Source: Chiloscyllium plagiosum (taxonomy: Eukaryota). From it: a DNA stretch of 55,935 nucleotides. Under the pieces are notes generated by a model. It was not told the origin of the DNA and did no database searches. It saw only the letters and a program-made list of their open reading frames with translations. Below are positions 1 through 10,139 of this stretch, piece after piece. Both the position numbers and the translations under genes were made by a program. The stretch is taken from NCBI RefSeq assembly GCF_004010195.1, contig NC_057718.1, forward strand, positions 79,260,496 to 79,316,430, read 5' to 3'. Each line of letters begins with the position of its first letter. Positions within the stretch are counted from its first letter, which is position 1.

Positions 1-140
1 CCGGAGCACCCGGAGGAAACCCACGCAGACACGGGGAGAATGTGCAAACTCCACACAGTCAGTCGCCTGAGGCGGGAATTGAATCCGGGTCTCTGGCACT
101 GTGAGGCAGCAGTGCTAACCACTGTGCCACCGTGCCGCCC
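1..140 (-). mobile_element. tRNA-derived V-SINE (HE1-like shark SINE), 5' part; continues beyond the window start
   Basis: Minus strand reads GGGCGGCACGGTGGCACAGTGGTTAGCACTGCTGCCTCACAG...GGATTCAATTCCC (Pol III A/B boxes), then the V-domain TGTGTGGAGTTTGCACATTCTCCCCGTGTCTGCGTGGGTTTCCTCCGGGTGCTCCGG. Other copies occur in the window. Confidence 0.9.
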
Positions 141-142
141 AG

Positions 143-198
143 GTCGAACCTCCTAGTGGTTCCCCCCCGGTAACGGCCTGTAAGAGGAAGCTTTTGAC
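143..198 (+). ncRNA. HDV-like ribozyme core of the R2 5' end (P1 5' strand not present in the window)
   Basis: P2 GTCGA(143-147)/TTGAC(194-198); P3 ACC(148-150)/GGT(158-160) around loop TCCTAGT; pyrimidine P1 3' strand TCCCCCCC; GG(169-170) for P1.1; P4 CCT-GTAAG-AGG; candidate catalytic C191. Matches the R2 ribozyme pattern ACCTCCTCGTGGT..CCC..GGTA. Confidence 0.7.
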
Positions 199-663
199 AG
201 GGAGGCAATTTTAAATTGTCTAGGGGTTGTTTTAGTCTGGTTTTATCAGTGGTTTTACCATCGATTTTATCCTTGGTTTTACCGGTACTCTACGCCACTG
301 GCAGTTTTATTGTTTCTCCCTGTCTTTTGAGCAGTACTCTGACCAGGCCGGCGAATACGACCTCAGAAAAGATACGAGACAGCTGGTGACCATTCGGTCT
401 ATATTAGAAACAAAATTTGGCAGCGGCGATTATGGCCAATACCAAAAATTCCAGTTGGGTGGGAGACCGGGTAAATAACCACCCCGCATGGTTGCTATTG
501 GCAGCATCATGCGCAAAATGTGTAGACCAAAAATGGACTGGACAATCCGTCTCGATGCAGACAGAAGAGACTAAGGATTATTCCGGCAAGGCTGTCCTCG
601 GGCAGGCACGAGGAAGCCATTAATATCGTCCAGAATGATCAGGACGCAAGTCGAAGAGAATGA

Positions 664-3600
664 CTAGTAGAGAAGGCCCCTCTGCAGTCGAGTTCATTTA
701 ACAGCCGGACAATTTTTAATTCGAATTTTAACGGGCCATTTGATTTTAGTCGATGTGGAGAATCAGAGAGAGGCGAGGAGAGGTATGAAGGTAGAATTAT
801 CCACCCAATAATTAGGGAAACCGATAAAATAGAGGTAATAATTAAATACCCGGTAGTTAATTTTAATTGTAATTATTGTAATAAGATTTATAACACTACG
901 GGCAGGTTTAGGCAGCATTTAAAGATATGTAAGGGAATTAAATCAGTTAGTTAGAGTTAGATGTAGTAAATGTGAGTGGGAAGGGAATTACCAAGCCGTA
1001 GCACGCCACTATCCTAAATGTTCTAAGAATGAGAATAATGGTAATAGTAATAGTGATAATACTAATACTAATACTACTAATAAGGAAGGAGAGTTAGAGA
1101 AACGATACCAATGTGAATTATGTCCTTTAAAATTTAAGACAACCAGAGGATTGGGGCAACATGAAAGACATGCTCATCCCATTTTAAGAAATGAGAAGAG
1201 GAAGAGAGGAACGGTAGAGAGTAGGAATAAGATGGAAAATAAGGAGGGTACTAAGAGGGGAATATGGTCTCATGAAGAGGTGGAAATGTTGCAACGACTA
1301 GAAGTAGAATTTAGTGGCTGTAAAAATATTAATAAAGTTATAGCTGAGAAATTAGGTACTAAAACGGCAAAACAAATCTCAGATAAAAGGAGGTTATTAA
1401 ATAAGCAAGGTAAAAGTCACGATAACGGTAAAGGTATAGATCAAGAACTGGTTCTTAATGAGTGATAGTGATGAAATGGATAATAGTGATCAGGAGATAA
1501 ATAGGGAAGTAGAGGAAGAAAGATTAAATGGAAAGAGAGATCAAGATAGTAGTATTATTATGGATAGAGTAGACTATAAGAGCAAGTCACTAACAGAATT
1601 AATTAAAATAGTAGAGGATGATATGGGAAGGAATAAAGGTATTAGTCAGGAATTTGAGAATATAATGGATATGATAATGGATAAATTGGGAACGAGTAAG
1701 GAGGGTGATAAAGGTAAGAAGGAGACTCATAGTAAACGAATAGGTTTGAAGCAAAGGGATAGTGGACTAAGAATGAAGAGGAAGGAAAATAAGGCTAAGA
1801 GAAGGTATAGTAGAAAGAAAGGTAAATTTAAAGAAATTCAGGTCTTATATAAAACGAAGAGGCAATACCTGGCAGGAACCCTAATGGGGGCTCCAGTTAG
1901 ATGTGAATGCCCCCTAAGTAAAGAAGATTTAGAAGACTACAATAAAGAAAGATTAACTAACTCTAATGATAAAAATAATTTGAGAGGTTTTGCCAAATAT
2001 AAAAGGCAAGGGGAGGGATCGGTGAATAGGACTCTGACAGGTCCTGTGACAGTAGAGGACGTTAAGGCGATGGACGTAAAAACTGCTGCAGGGCCAGATA
2101 GGGTAACACTGAAGGAGATAGTGAAGATATTTAATAAAGATAATACAGTACTTCCTAGAATATATACCCGATTTCATCCAAATAGTATAATACCGGATCA
2201 AATGAAAATAAGTAGAACTGTATTGATTCCCAAAGTGAGCGATGAAGACGGGTTGAAGGATATTAATAATTGGAGGCCAATAACTATAGGGCCAATTATG
2301 CTCAGAATATTTACTAAAATTATCGCCAGTAGACTAAGTAAAGTAGTAAATCGGAATAAAAGACAAAAGGGCTTTATGGCTGGTGTAGCAGGTTGCGAGG
2401 AAAATATCAAAATTCTGGAAAATATTATTAATGGGGATAAAACGAAAAAGAGATTTAGCGGTAGTTATCGTGGATTTAGCAAAAGCGTTTGACACAGTGG
2501 GCCACAAATTAATTATAATAGCTCTTAAAAGACTCCAACTTCCGTCAATATTTATTAATTTGGTTACAAATTTATATGATAATAATTTTACTCAAGTGGA
2601 AGGTTTTAAAAGTAAAACTGGAAAGATTAAAATTTTAAGAGTGGTTAAGCAAGGTGATGCATTGTCGCCGATTCTTTTTAATATTGTAATAGACCCTCTG
2701 ATAAGTACCATCGAAGAGAAGGAGAAAGGAATATTTTTAGGGATAGATAGGAATAGCTATCACTGCGTAACATTAGCGTTCGCAGACGACATAGCGTTAG
2801 TTAGCCAACCGTATGATAGTATGGTATATAATCTTAAACTTGTAGAAAAATTTTGTAAAAATACGGGAATGGAGGTTAATATGAAGAAAACGAAAGGATT
2901 TTACTTTACATATAAAAATAAGACATTTATATATAATGATAAAATTAACTGGAAGTTAAATGAAGGGAGCTTATAGTTTATAGAGCCAGGTAGTACGGAT
3001 AAATACTTCGGTGCCAAGATAGATCCGTGGATTGGCGTAGGCCAATCAAACTGGGAAAGCCAATTAGATATATGGTTAGGAAATTTAAAAAGATCCCCCT
3101 TAAAACCAGTTCAAAAAAGTAGAAATGTTAAAAACATATTTTATTCCTAGACTATATTATTACTTAGTTTTATCTGAAGTCTCTATTAATTATCTTAATA
3201 AATTAGATAATAAAATAAAAAGTGTAGTTAAAGAAATTTTACACCTCCCGCAATCCATCACGGATGGAGTATTATATGCCGTGATGGTGGCCTTGCTTTA
3301 AATAGACTGTCAACCTTTATTCCAATCTCAATAATGAGGAAGTACGGGATGCTACAGAAATCGGAGGACGAAATTTTGCATGCATCATTTCGTTTCGAAG
3401 GTGATAGTGTGGCTGCAAAAATGTATAAATTATGTAAACTTAGTGATGGAAAACATCTGGAACCCAAATATTAATCGGCGATTAGGTGAAGAGGATACTA
3501 TCAGGGAAGGCAGTGAAGATGAGATGGAAGAGTTTGGCAGTACCAACTATGCTAACTGGAGAAGTATTGAGATACAGAGATGGATGGCCCTCCCCTGTCA

Positions 3601-4277
3601 AGGAGCTGGGGTTCATTATTATAAGAATGATAGTCAACCATCCATTGGATATACTAAGTTACAATATATGAAGACATCTAAAGTTATCAATTCAATTTTA
3701 TTGAAAACAAATTTATATCCAACAAGAGTGTCAATGTCGTATGGAAGGCCATGTAATATCAAGAATTGCAGAAGGTGTAATGATACATCAGAAACGTCTG
3801 CGCATATCTCAGGGTGGTGCCCTTATGTTAAAAACATGAGCATCAAGAGGCATAATAGAGTTGCAGAAGAATTAGTTAAGTATGTAAGGAAGAATGGGTG
3901 GACAGTATATATAGAACTGAGAATTAAAGACGAAGCCGGGAAACTTTGGATACCGGATCTAACTTTTAAGAGAGAACACCAGGTTGTTGTTGTGGATGTA
4001 ACTGTTAGAACAGACCTTCAGATCAACTCGCTTGAATCAGCATGGGAAGAAAAGACAAACAAGTATAAACATCTAGGAAAAGAGATAATGGACCTCATTG
4101 GCAGAGGAACGATATCCTTTTATGGTTTTGTGATAAGAGCCAGAGGGAAGTGGTTCGAAAAGAACACAGAGTTGATGAAAGACCTCGGGTTCTCGAAATT
4201 TAAATCTTTTGCAGAGTATCACAACCCTTGTTTTGTCTTTGACCCTTGAACTTTTACGGATTTTTATGGACTCTTAA
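664..4277 (+). pseudogene. Disrupted R2 ORF (ZF-Myb-RT-CCHC-RLE polyprotein); true start uncertain
   Basis: Pieced together from ORF-track segments 1151-1465, 1458-2492, 2431-2976 and 3380-4249 plus hand translation. Frameshifts near 950, 1460, 2440, 3118, 3278, 3480 and 4220; in-frame TAG at 2974-2976; R2-like C-terminus LELLRIFMDS* ends at 4277. Confidence 0.85.
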
Positions 4278-4670
4278 TTTCTCCTATTGACGTTATTTAA
4301 TAATGTTTTAATAAGTTTTAGGTATTTTAATAGTTTTAATTAATGATTTTAATAGATTTTAATGGTTTTAATAATAAAACTATAGTGTTTTAGATCACTT
4401 AGTTAAAAAGGTGGTGGGTAGATAGGGGTGTTAAAAATTAAAGAGCACGCTTCACACAACAAATGATGAGCAGTCGCCTAGTCTAACAATTGATAAGCCC
4501 AGCTCATCCCTTGCCTCGCTGAGATTATGATTCACAATGTATTTTACCGTTCCCTTAAGATCATTCCGGCTGTGGTTTCGCTGGATAGGGGTATCCATGC
4601 GTCGACAAGCGACGTTAAGATCTCGAAAAGGACATGATCCATCGCGTATGGCGAGTGCATAAAGTTAGCC

Positions 4671-5440
4671 AAATATGCCACCTAGTTCTAAACTCACCCA
4701 GGCTAGTTGAAAGACCTTTGCTATTTACCTTATCTATGCCCTTCATGATTTATAAACCTCCAAGATCACCGCTCAACCTCCTACACGCCAGAGAAAAAAG
4801 TCCTAGCCCATCCAGCCTCTCTTGATAACTCAAGCCCTCTACACCCAACAAGTTTCTCTTTTCTGAACACTCTACAATTTAATATTATCCTTCCTATAGC
4901 TGGGTGACCAGAACTGTATACAGTGCTTCAAAAAGCAGCCTCAACATCCTGTACAACCTCAACATGACATCCCAACTCCTATACTCAAAAATCTGAGCAA
5001 TGAAGACAAGCTTTCCTTCTTAACCACCCGGTCTACCTGTGATGGAACTTTCCCAAAAAAAAACTAGTGTATTTCTCTATTCAACAACACTACCAGAGCT
5101 CTACCATTAACTGTTTAAGCGCTACTCTTATTTGCCCTACTAAAATGGAAAACCTCACATTTAATCGGAATTAAACTCCATCTGCCACTCTGCAGCCCAC
5201 TAGCCTAGCTGATCCCATTGTTATCTTAAATAACCTTCATGTTGACTAGATCACCAATTTGTGTAATCTACAATCATATTAAAAATGCCTTCTAAATTCT
5301 CAACCAAATCATTTTAGAATACTGAACAGTGGACCCAGCACCAATTCCCGCAGAACACCATTGGTCATAGGCCTCCAGTCTGAAAAACAACCCTTTGCTA
5401 CCACCCTTTATCTCCTAGCATCAAGACAATTTTGTATCCA
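4671..5440 (-). mobile_element. CR1/HER1-type LINE fragment abutting the R2 3' end
   Basis: TATGCCACCTAGTTCT...GACCAGAACTG...CCTGTACAACCTCAACATGAC...TAAACTCCATCTGCCAC is colinear with the CR1 copies at 15.8-16.6 kb and 51.2-52.0 kb. Confidence 0.8.
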
Positions 5441-5757
5441 ATCACCACTTGCCTTCCCACCTATTTTTGTCATCTGCAAACATGGTTATAGCGCATTCAA
5501 TTTCCTCATCCAAATCCCCAATCGTAATACTCTAACTCTCAATTGCCCTGAGGAATTAGATACAGGCAATAAATGTTGGTATATCCTGCATCACCCACAT
5601 TCCATGAACAAATACATTAAAAAAAGTCAAGATTAGGTCAGTTGTAATAATTTTTTTTTTTAAAAAGTACACAACATTGAAAGGAGATTAATGATTTGGA
5701 AGGATCAATTTCATGATGTATGTGTAAAGAATTCCACCAATTAATAACAAGACTTAC

Positions 5758-5927
5758 CCCCAAAACACCAAATCTTTCACAGAAGTCCCATCCACAAAGG
5801 AAATCAATCTCATAGTTATGATTGAGAATAACTATGGCATTCTCTTTACCGTACTTAATATAATTCCTTTGGTCAGTATAGAGGGTACATTCTGTACCTG
5901 ACCACCATTCCAGCAACCACACCAATT
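5758..5927 (-). CDS. AGPAT4: 1-acylglycerol-3-phosphate O-acyltransferase 4 (LPAAT delta), second coding exon (170 bp)
   Basis: Encodes (Q)LVWLLEWWSGTECTLYTDQRNYIKYGKENAIVILNHNYEIDFLCGWDFCERFGVLG with the acyltransferase NHxxxxD motif. Acceptor ttctttaaatttcAG, donor GGG|GTAAGT. Phase matches the upstream exon (C|AA = Gln). Confidence 0.92.
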
Positions 5928-5955
5928 CTGAAATTTAAAGAAAAACAAAAAAAAT

Positions 5956-6132
5956 TAGTTATGCCACCAACATCTTGTCCACTACCACCAAAAAGATAAC
6001 AGACATGGGTAAATGGTTTTATTGGGCTATGGCATACCATCGGTATTCAAAGTTTCCATTCGCCTAACCTCTAGTTTGGAAGGTCAACAGATGGGTTACA
6101 TGGGCAGATTTGGCAATAGACAAATCAAGTCT
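5956..6132. repeat. Local direct repeat, copy A (partner 8531-8715)
   Basis: TAGTTATGCCACCAACATCTTG...GGCAATAGACAAATCAAGTCT occurs twice with scattered substitutions. Confidence 0.9.
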
Positions 6133-6949
6133 GGAGATGGGGCTGAAAATTACAATAGATAGAGGGCTGTAAGTTTCCATACAAGTTAAAAAACACAATC
6201 CAATTTCTAATGGCCATAAGCTCAAATCAAACGACTTGGAACTGATTAGAAATTTCATTTAGAGGCTACAAAATAACCTATATGAAACAGTGTCACACTG
6301 ATCCTGCAAGACGTAGTCCTCAGTTTTGGCTAAGGCACGTTGCTGAGAAGGGCATGAGTCTGCTGCTTAACCCAAATAGGTATTGCTGGGTTTTTTTTAG
6401 TAAACAAAAAGGAAGAAATTCCTCCAAATCCCACTACATTGGTAAATGAGTGTAATGCATTAAAATTTAACTTAATTGAATGGATTAATTACACATGCAG
6501 ATAGAAAGAAACTATAACCTTTAAAATTGGAAAACTATCCAAGAGCCTTAAATCAAAAAAGTTTAATACCAAACCAGAAGACACATTAGAATAGCGAGTA
6601 TAGGCTTAAAGTGGATACATATTTTAAAAAGGGTGTGTTTTAAAATAAATCCTTTCAATGGAAAGTTGCACAGAACCAAAACAAAGGTGCTATAATTGGA
6701 TAGAAAAGGAACAAGGTAACAAAGCAAATCATGATCCTCATATTTTAACTGATGCAGCTTAAAAGGCCTCAGGCTGAGTAAGTAGACAGGAGGAGATGCT
6801 ACATTTCAGGGACATGAGACCCAGGAGGCCATCAGAAGAATATTTCTATTAAAAAAAGGAATAGAAATAAAATGGCCACAATGGTAAACTCCCAGTTTGG
6901 TGTCTCTAGGACTTGATAGCAGTGCCAGATATTTCTGATCAACCTGCTT

Positions 6950-7050
6950 TAAAAAGTGTCATTACACACCTCTAGAGCAGGTGGAATTTGAATGTAGGCC
7001 TCCTGGTTCAGAGGTATGAACACTACACTACACTACACTACACCACAACA
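6950..7050 (-). mobile_element. Short tRNA-derived SINE head, degraded
   Basis: Minus strand TTGTGGTGTAGTG...CCTCTGAACCAGGAGGCC..TTCAAATTCCACCTG resembles A/B-box SINE heads. Confidence 0.45.
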
Positions 7051-7190
7051 ACCCTTCTTGGCAACAGTAGCAAAAGGTGCTGAATAACTGACCAGCTGCA
7101 TACGATTAATGAACACAGGTAATCAAAGTTAATAAACAAATCATTAAAACAATTGCTTATATCCACCATACCATTTACATTTCTTAGTAC

Positions 7191-7779
7191 TGTAACAATA
7201 CTGTCACTATAAAGGTTATTTTGTCCTGGAGTCTTAAAGAGAGGTTACAAAGGTAGAGTTGCCAAGGTGGCTAGGGAACCAGCCTTAAACTGTTGCTTTT
7301 TTTAAAAAAAAAATTGTTTAGTAATGGAAGGGGAATGGCCAATTCTCCCAATTCAGGTTCCAGTACTTAAGCTGTAGCAGTCACAAGATGGGAGTGTACC
7401 AGAAGGGTTGTAAGCTTCAGTAAATGATTCCTAACTGACTTTCTTTGAAATCTCTCTGGATGTTGTTTCCTCCTGCCTGTAAGAATCATTGTTTGAATTT
7501 CCCTTTTTGAAAGTGGTGTTTACTATATTGGAACAGTTAATTAGTAATAGTCACTGTATCAGGTCAATTAAGTTTTCCAATAGTCAAGTTATTCTAAATT
7601 CTACTTTTTATTAGTGTTTCAAACATATTATTTAAATAAATTCTGTTTTGCTTAAACTGGTTTGACCAGTTGCATCATACCTGGAACACCCCCTTCTCAT
7701 CTACCTTGAAGAAGGAGAGAGTTAGTGTCTAGGCTACCATCTTAAAATATTTGGAGGGGGTCTGGCCTGGTCCATAACA
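7191..7779 (+). mobile_element. Solo LTR (TG...CA termini, 4-bp TSD GTAC)
   Basis: Starts TGTAACA, ends ATAACA, GTAC on both sides (7187-7190, 7780-7783), internal AATAAA near 7635. A related copy lies at about 40.93-41.39 kb. Confidence 0.8.
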
Positions 7780-8450
7780 GTACAATCCAACCTCACTCAA
7801 GTACTTATCAACATCTGGGCCTAAATGTTCAGCAGTCAAGACTTCAACTCACCCCACATCTTCCATGTTCACATCCCTCACTGCCTCAGACAGCAGATAG
7901 TCATCCATGGTGAGCACATCTGACCTGAACAATGCAACACCACTGATATTCTATCATCTATTTTTCAGGACAAGGTTGTCCACAGCAGAAGTGAGCAATG
8001 CCAAACTAGCAGATAAGCTTTTGTCCCAAACCTGTTGAAGAATATGGTGCTATGCATCATGGAGATGGACTCAACATCGTAACACCAGATGGTAGGGCTT
8101 AGAGCATTCAAAGATAACAGTACATTACTAACACTATGAATCAACTCCCACTTCAATCTCATACTGTATGAGATGTGCAAGTTCCTGATGGTATGTTTTA
8201 GGTATCTCTTGCTTGTCAACCCAGTCATCATTTTTGATTTTCTTTCAGAAACCCAATAATTTGCACGTGTCCAGCCACAGCAGTCTTCTTAGGAAGACTA
8301 CAAAACCTCAATATACCTCAAAAGAAACAAAGACACTTGATCTCACACTTTCAACAACCAGCTCAGATTCTTGCACTATGTAAACAAACTTTGAAAACTG
8401 ATAATGGCTATATAGTCCATGTTCTGTTTCATAGCCAGTGGACGGAGGGG

Positions 8451-8478
8451 AACAAACAAACAAACAAACCAAACAAAC
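8451..8478. repeat. (AAAC)n microsatellite
   Basis: aacaaacaaacaaacaaaccaaacaaac. Confidence 0.8.
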
Positions 8479-8530
8479 ACTCAGGATCTAACCTGTAAAA
8501 CACTTCACAACTTAACGTTTCAATCACATA

Positions 8531-8715
8531 TAGTTATGCCACCAACATCTTGCCCACTACCACCGAAATTTAAAAGATAACCGACATGGGTAAATGGTTT
8601 TTATTGGGCAATGGCACACCGTCACTATTGCAAAGTTTCCATTTGCCTAACTTCTAGTTTAGAAGGTCAACAGATGGGTTACATGGGCAGATTTGGCAAT
8701 AGACAAATCAAGTCT
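8531..8715. repeat. Local direct repeat, copy A' (partner 5956-6132)
   Basis: Near-identical to 5956-6132. Confidence 0.9.
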
Positions 8716-9024
8716 TCATCTAAATTCCAGAGAGCATAGGTTCAATTTATTCAGCCCATCACTGGACAACATTCTGAATCCATGAACTAAACTATATCTA
8801 GTGAACCTTTACTGATTATCTCAAAGGCAATTAATTCCTTGTTTGAAATGGTCTCACTAACACCTACACAACTGTAGCAAGACTTCTTTATTGTTGTACT
8901 CTTCTGGCAATAATGAACAACATGCCATTTGCCTTTGAATTGCAAACTATACCTGCATACTAGTTGAGTTCCTTGCCTATGTACAACATAAATAAAATTT
9001 TCATCACCCCCACCACTCCCCAAA

Positions 9025-9101
9025 CATCACCTTGAAGAAGAAGAGAGAGAGTTAGGTGTCTAGGCTACCATCTTAAAATATTTGGAGGGGGTCTGGCCTG
9101 G
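9025..9101 (+). repeat. Copy of the 3' end of the neighbouring solo LTR (7698-7770)
   Basis: CCTTGAAGAAG..GAGAGTTAG..TCTAGGCTACCATCTTAAAATATTTGGAGGGGGTCTGGCCTGG is shared. Confidence 0.85.
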
Positions 9102-9102
9102 A

Positions 9103-9560
9103 TTGCTGAAGCCATCGTGTATGTCTTTATTACCTCTGAATTTGCCTACACCAATGCCTTCTTGGCTCATCTTCCACATTCTGTGCCTCAAACTTGGTCA
9201 GCCAAATCTCTGCTACCAATGTACCGACTTACGTCAAATCTTGTTCATCCATCACACCTGTGCTCAAGGATGTACAGTGATTCAAAAATTAAGCAACAGC
9301 TGATTTTTTCGTCAACCAGTTGCCAAACCCATATAAAATATTTGCACTCCTCTAATTCTGTCCTCTTGAGCTTCCCCAATTTTAATTGCATCATTAGCAG
9401 CTGCAACTTCAGTTAAACCTCAAGCTCTAGAATTCCCTCCTAAAAGCTTAATTCTCTACCTCACGGTTTTTAATGAGCCCTTTGTTAAAGGAAGACAGAC
9501 TTCTTTAACGTGTGGTGTCATTATACTTCTGGCGAAGCCATTTCAGAAGAGTCCTAAATA
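9103..9560 (+). mobile_element. Old L2-clade LINE 3' remnant
   Basis: Translation EAIVYVFITSEFAYTNAFLAHLP resembles the L2 ORF2 C-terminal motif ETLIHAFVTSRLDYSNALLAGLP. Confidence 0.55.
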
Positions 9561-10139
9561 CATCTAAAGGTAATCGAATTAGTTAGGACAGAAATGTCTA
9601 TTTGATTTGAGTTGGTCTTAAGCTGAAGTTCCAGTGCAATCAATAGCAGTACTGCAAAACTATTTAAACTTCCACAAATTTGCACATCCTGGAAGCATGG
9701 CACTTTTCTCAATTCAATTTCACCAGTCATTTTTCTACTCTGCAACAAAGCATACTGTAACAAAAAGAACTGCCTATTAAAAAGTTACTCTCCCTTTTCA
9801 ATAAAGAGTGCATTAATTTTCAATATACTCTGATAATCAAACTTGGGTTTGCAGCCTTTCAGGAGTAGACTGCCCTTTGAGTCTATGAAATCGGTTTACT
9901 TTATGGCAGTTTTAAAAGCTCTGGCTACCAAATTGGTTTGAACATAATTTCATTCACAACACGCAAATTAAACAAAAAGCATCGATTGGGTTAGAAAAGA
10001 GATAATACCATAAAAATGGCAAATTTATGATTGAAATTCACTCTACTTGTCGATCTTCTTCCCTTATTGTCAGGCTAGATGCAGCAGCATGCTGGAATAT
10101 ACTTTGGTAAATGGCATTACTTCACATCATTTACATGTC

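Larger units (their letters stand above)
141..4665 (+). mobile_element. R2 non-LTR retrotransposon (clade A architecture), near full length, inactivated by frameshifts and a stop
   Basis: Domains in R2 order: ZF CNYC..HLKIC, ZF CSKC..HYPKC, ZF CELC..GLGQHERHAHP, Myb WSHEEVEML..KTAKQISDKRR, RT (AAGPD, RTVLIPK, NWRPITI, QKGF, DLAKAFDTVGH, KQGDALSPILFN, AFADD), knuckle CRRC..ETSAHISGWC, RLE (RHNRV, PDL, DVTV, KTNKY). HDV-like core at the 5' end. Confidence 0.93.

Noticed and set aside
70..140. tRNA gene (also near 54144)
   Set aside because: A/B boxes run straight into the V-SINE body, so these are SINE heads.
417..623. Separate ORF or fourth zinc finger upstream of the R2 ORF
   Set aside because: TTG start, no recognisable domain. 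A HHA(K)C-like echo needs a frameshift and lacks the CxxC pair.
4666..4674. 28S rRNA gene or pseudogene flanking the R2
   Set aside because: Only 9 nt match; the following sequence is CR1, not GCCTCGTCATC. No rRNA gene is visible in the window.
5638..5757. ORF-track extension of the AGPAT exon (VSLVINWW...)
   Set aside because: Read-through past a canonical GTAAGT donor into intron; the same applies to 29235-29275.
7800..8400. Degraded coding or LINE fragment (ORF 7965-8231)
   Set aside because: No convincing motif or splice-consistent exon.
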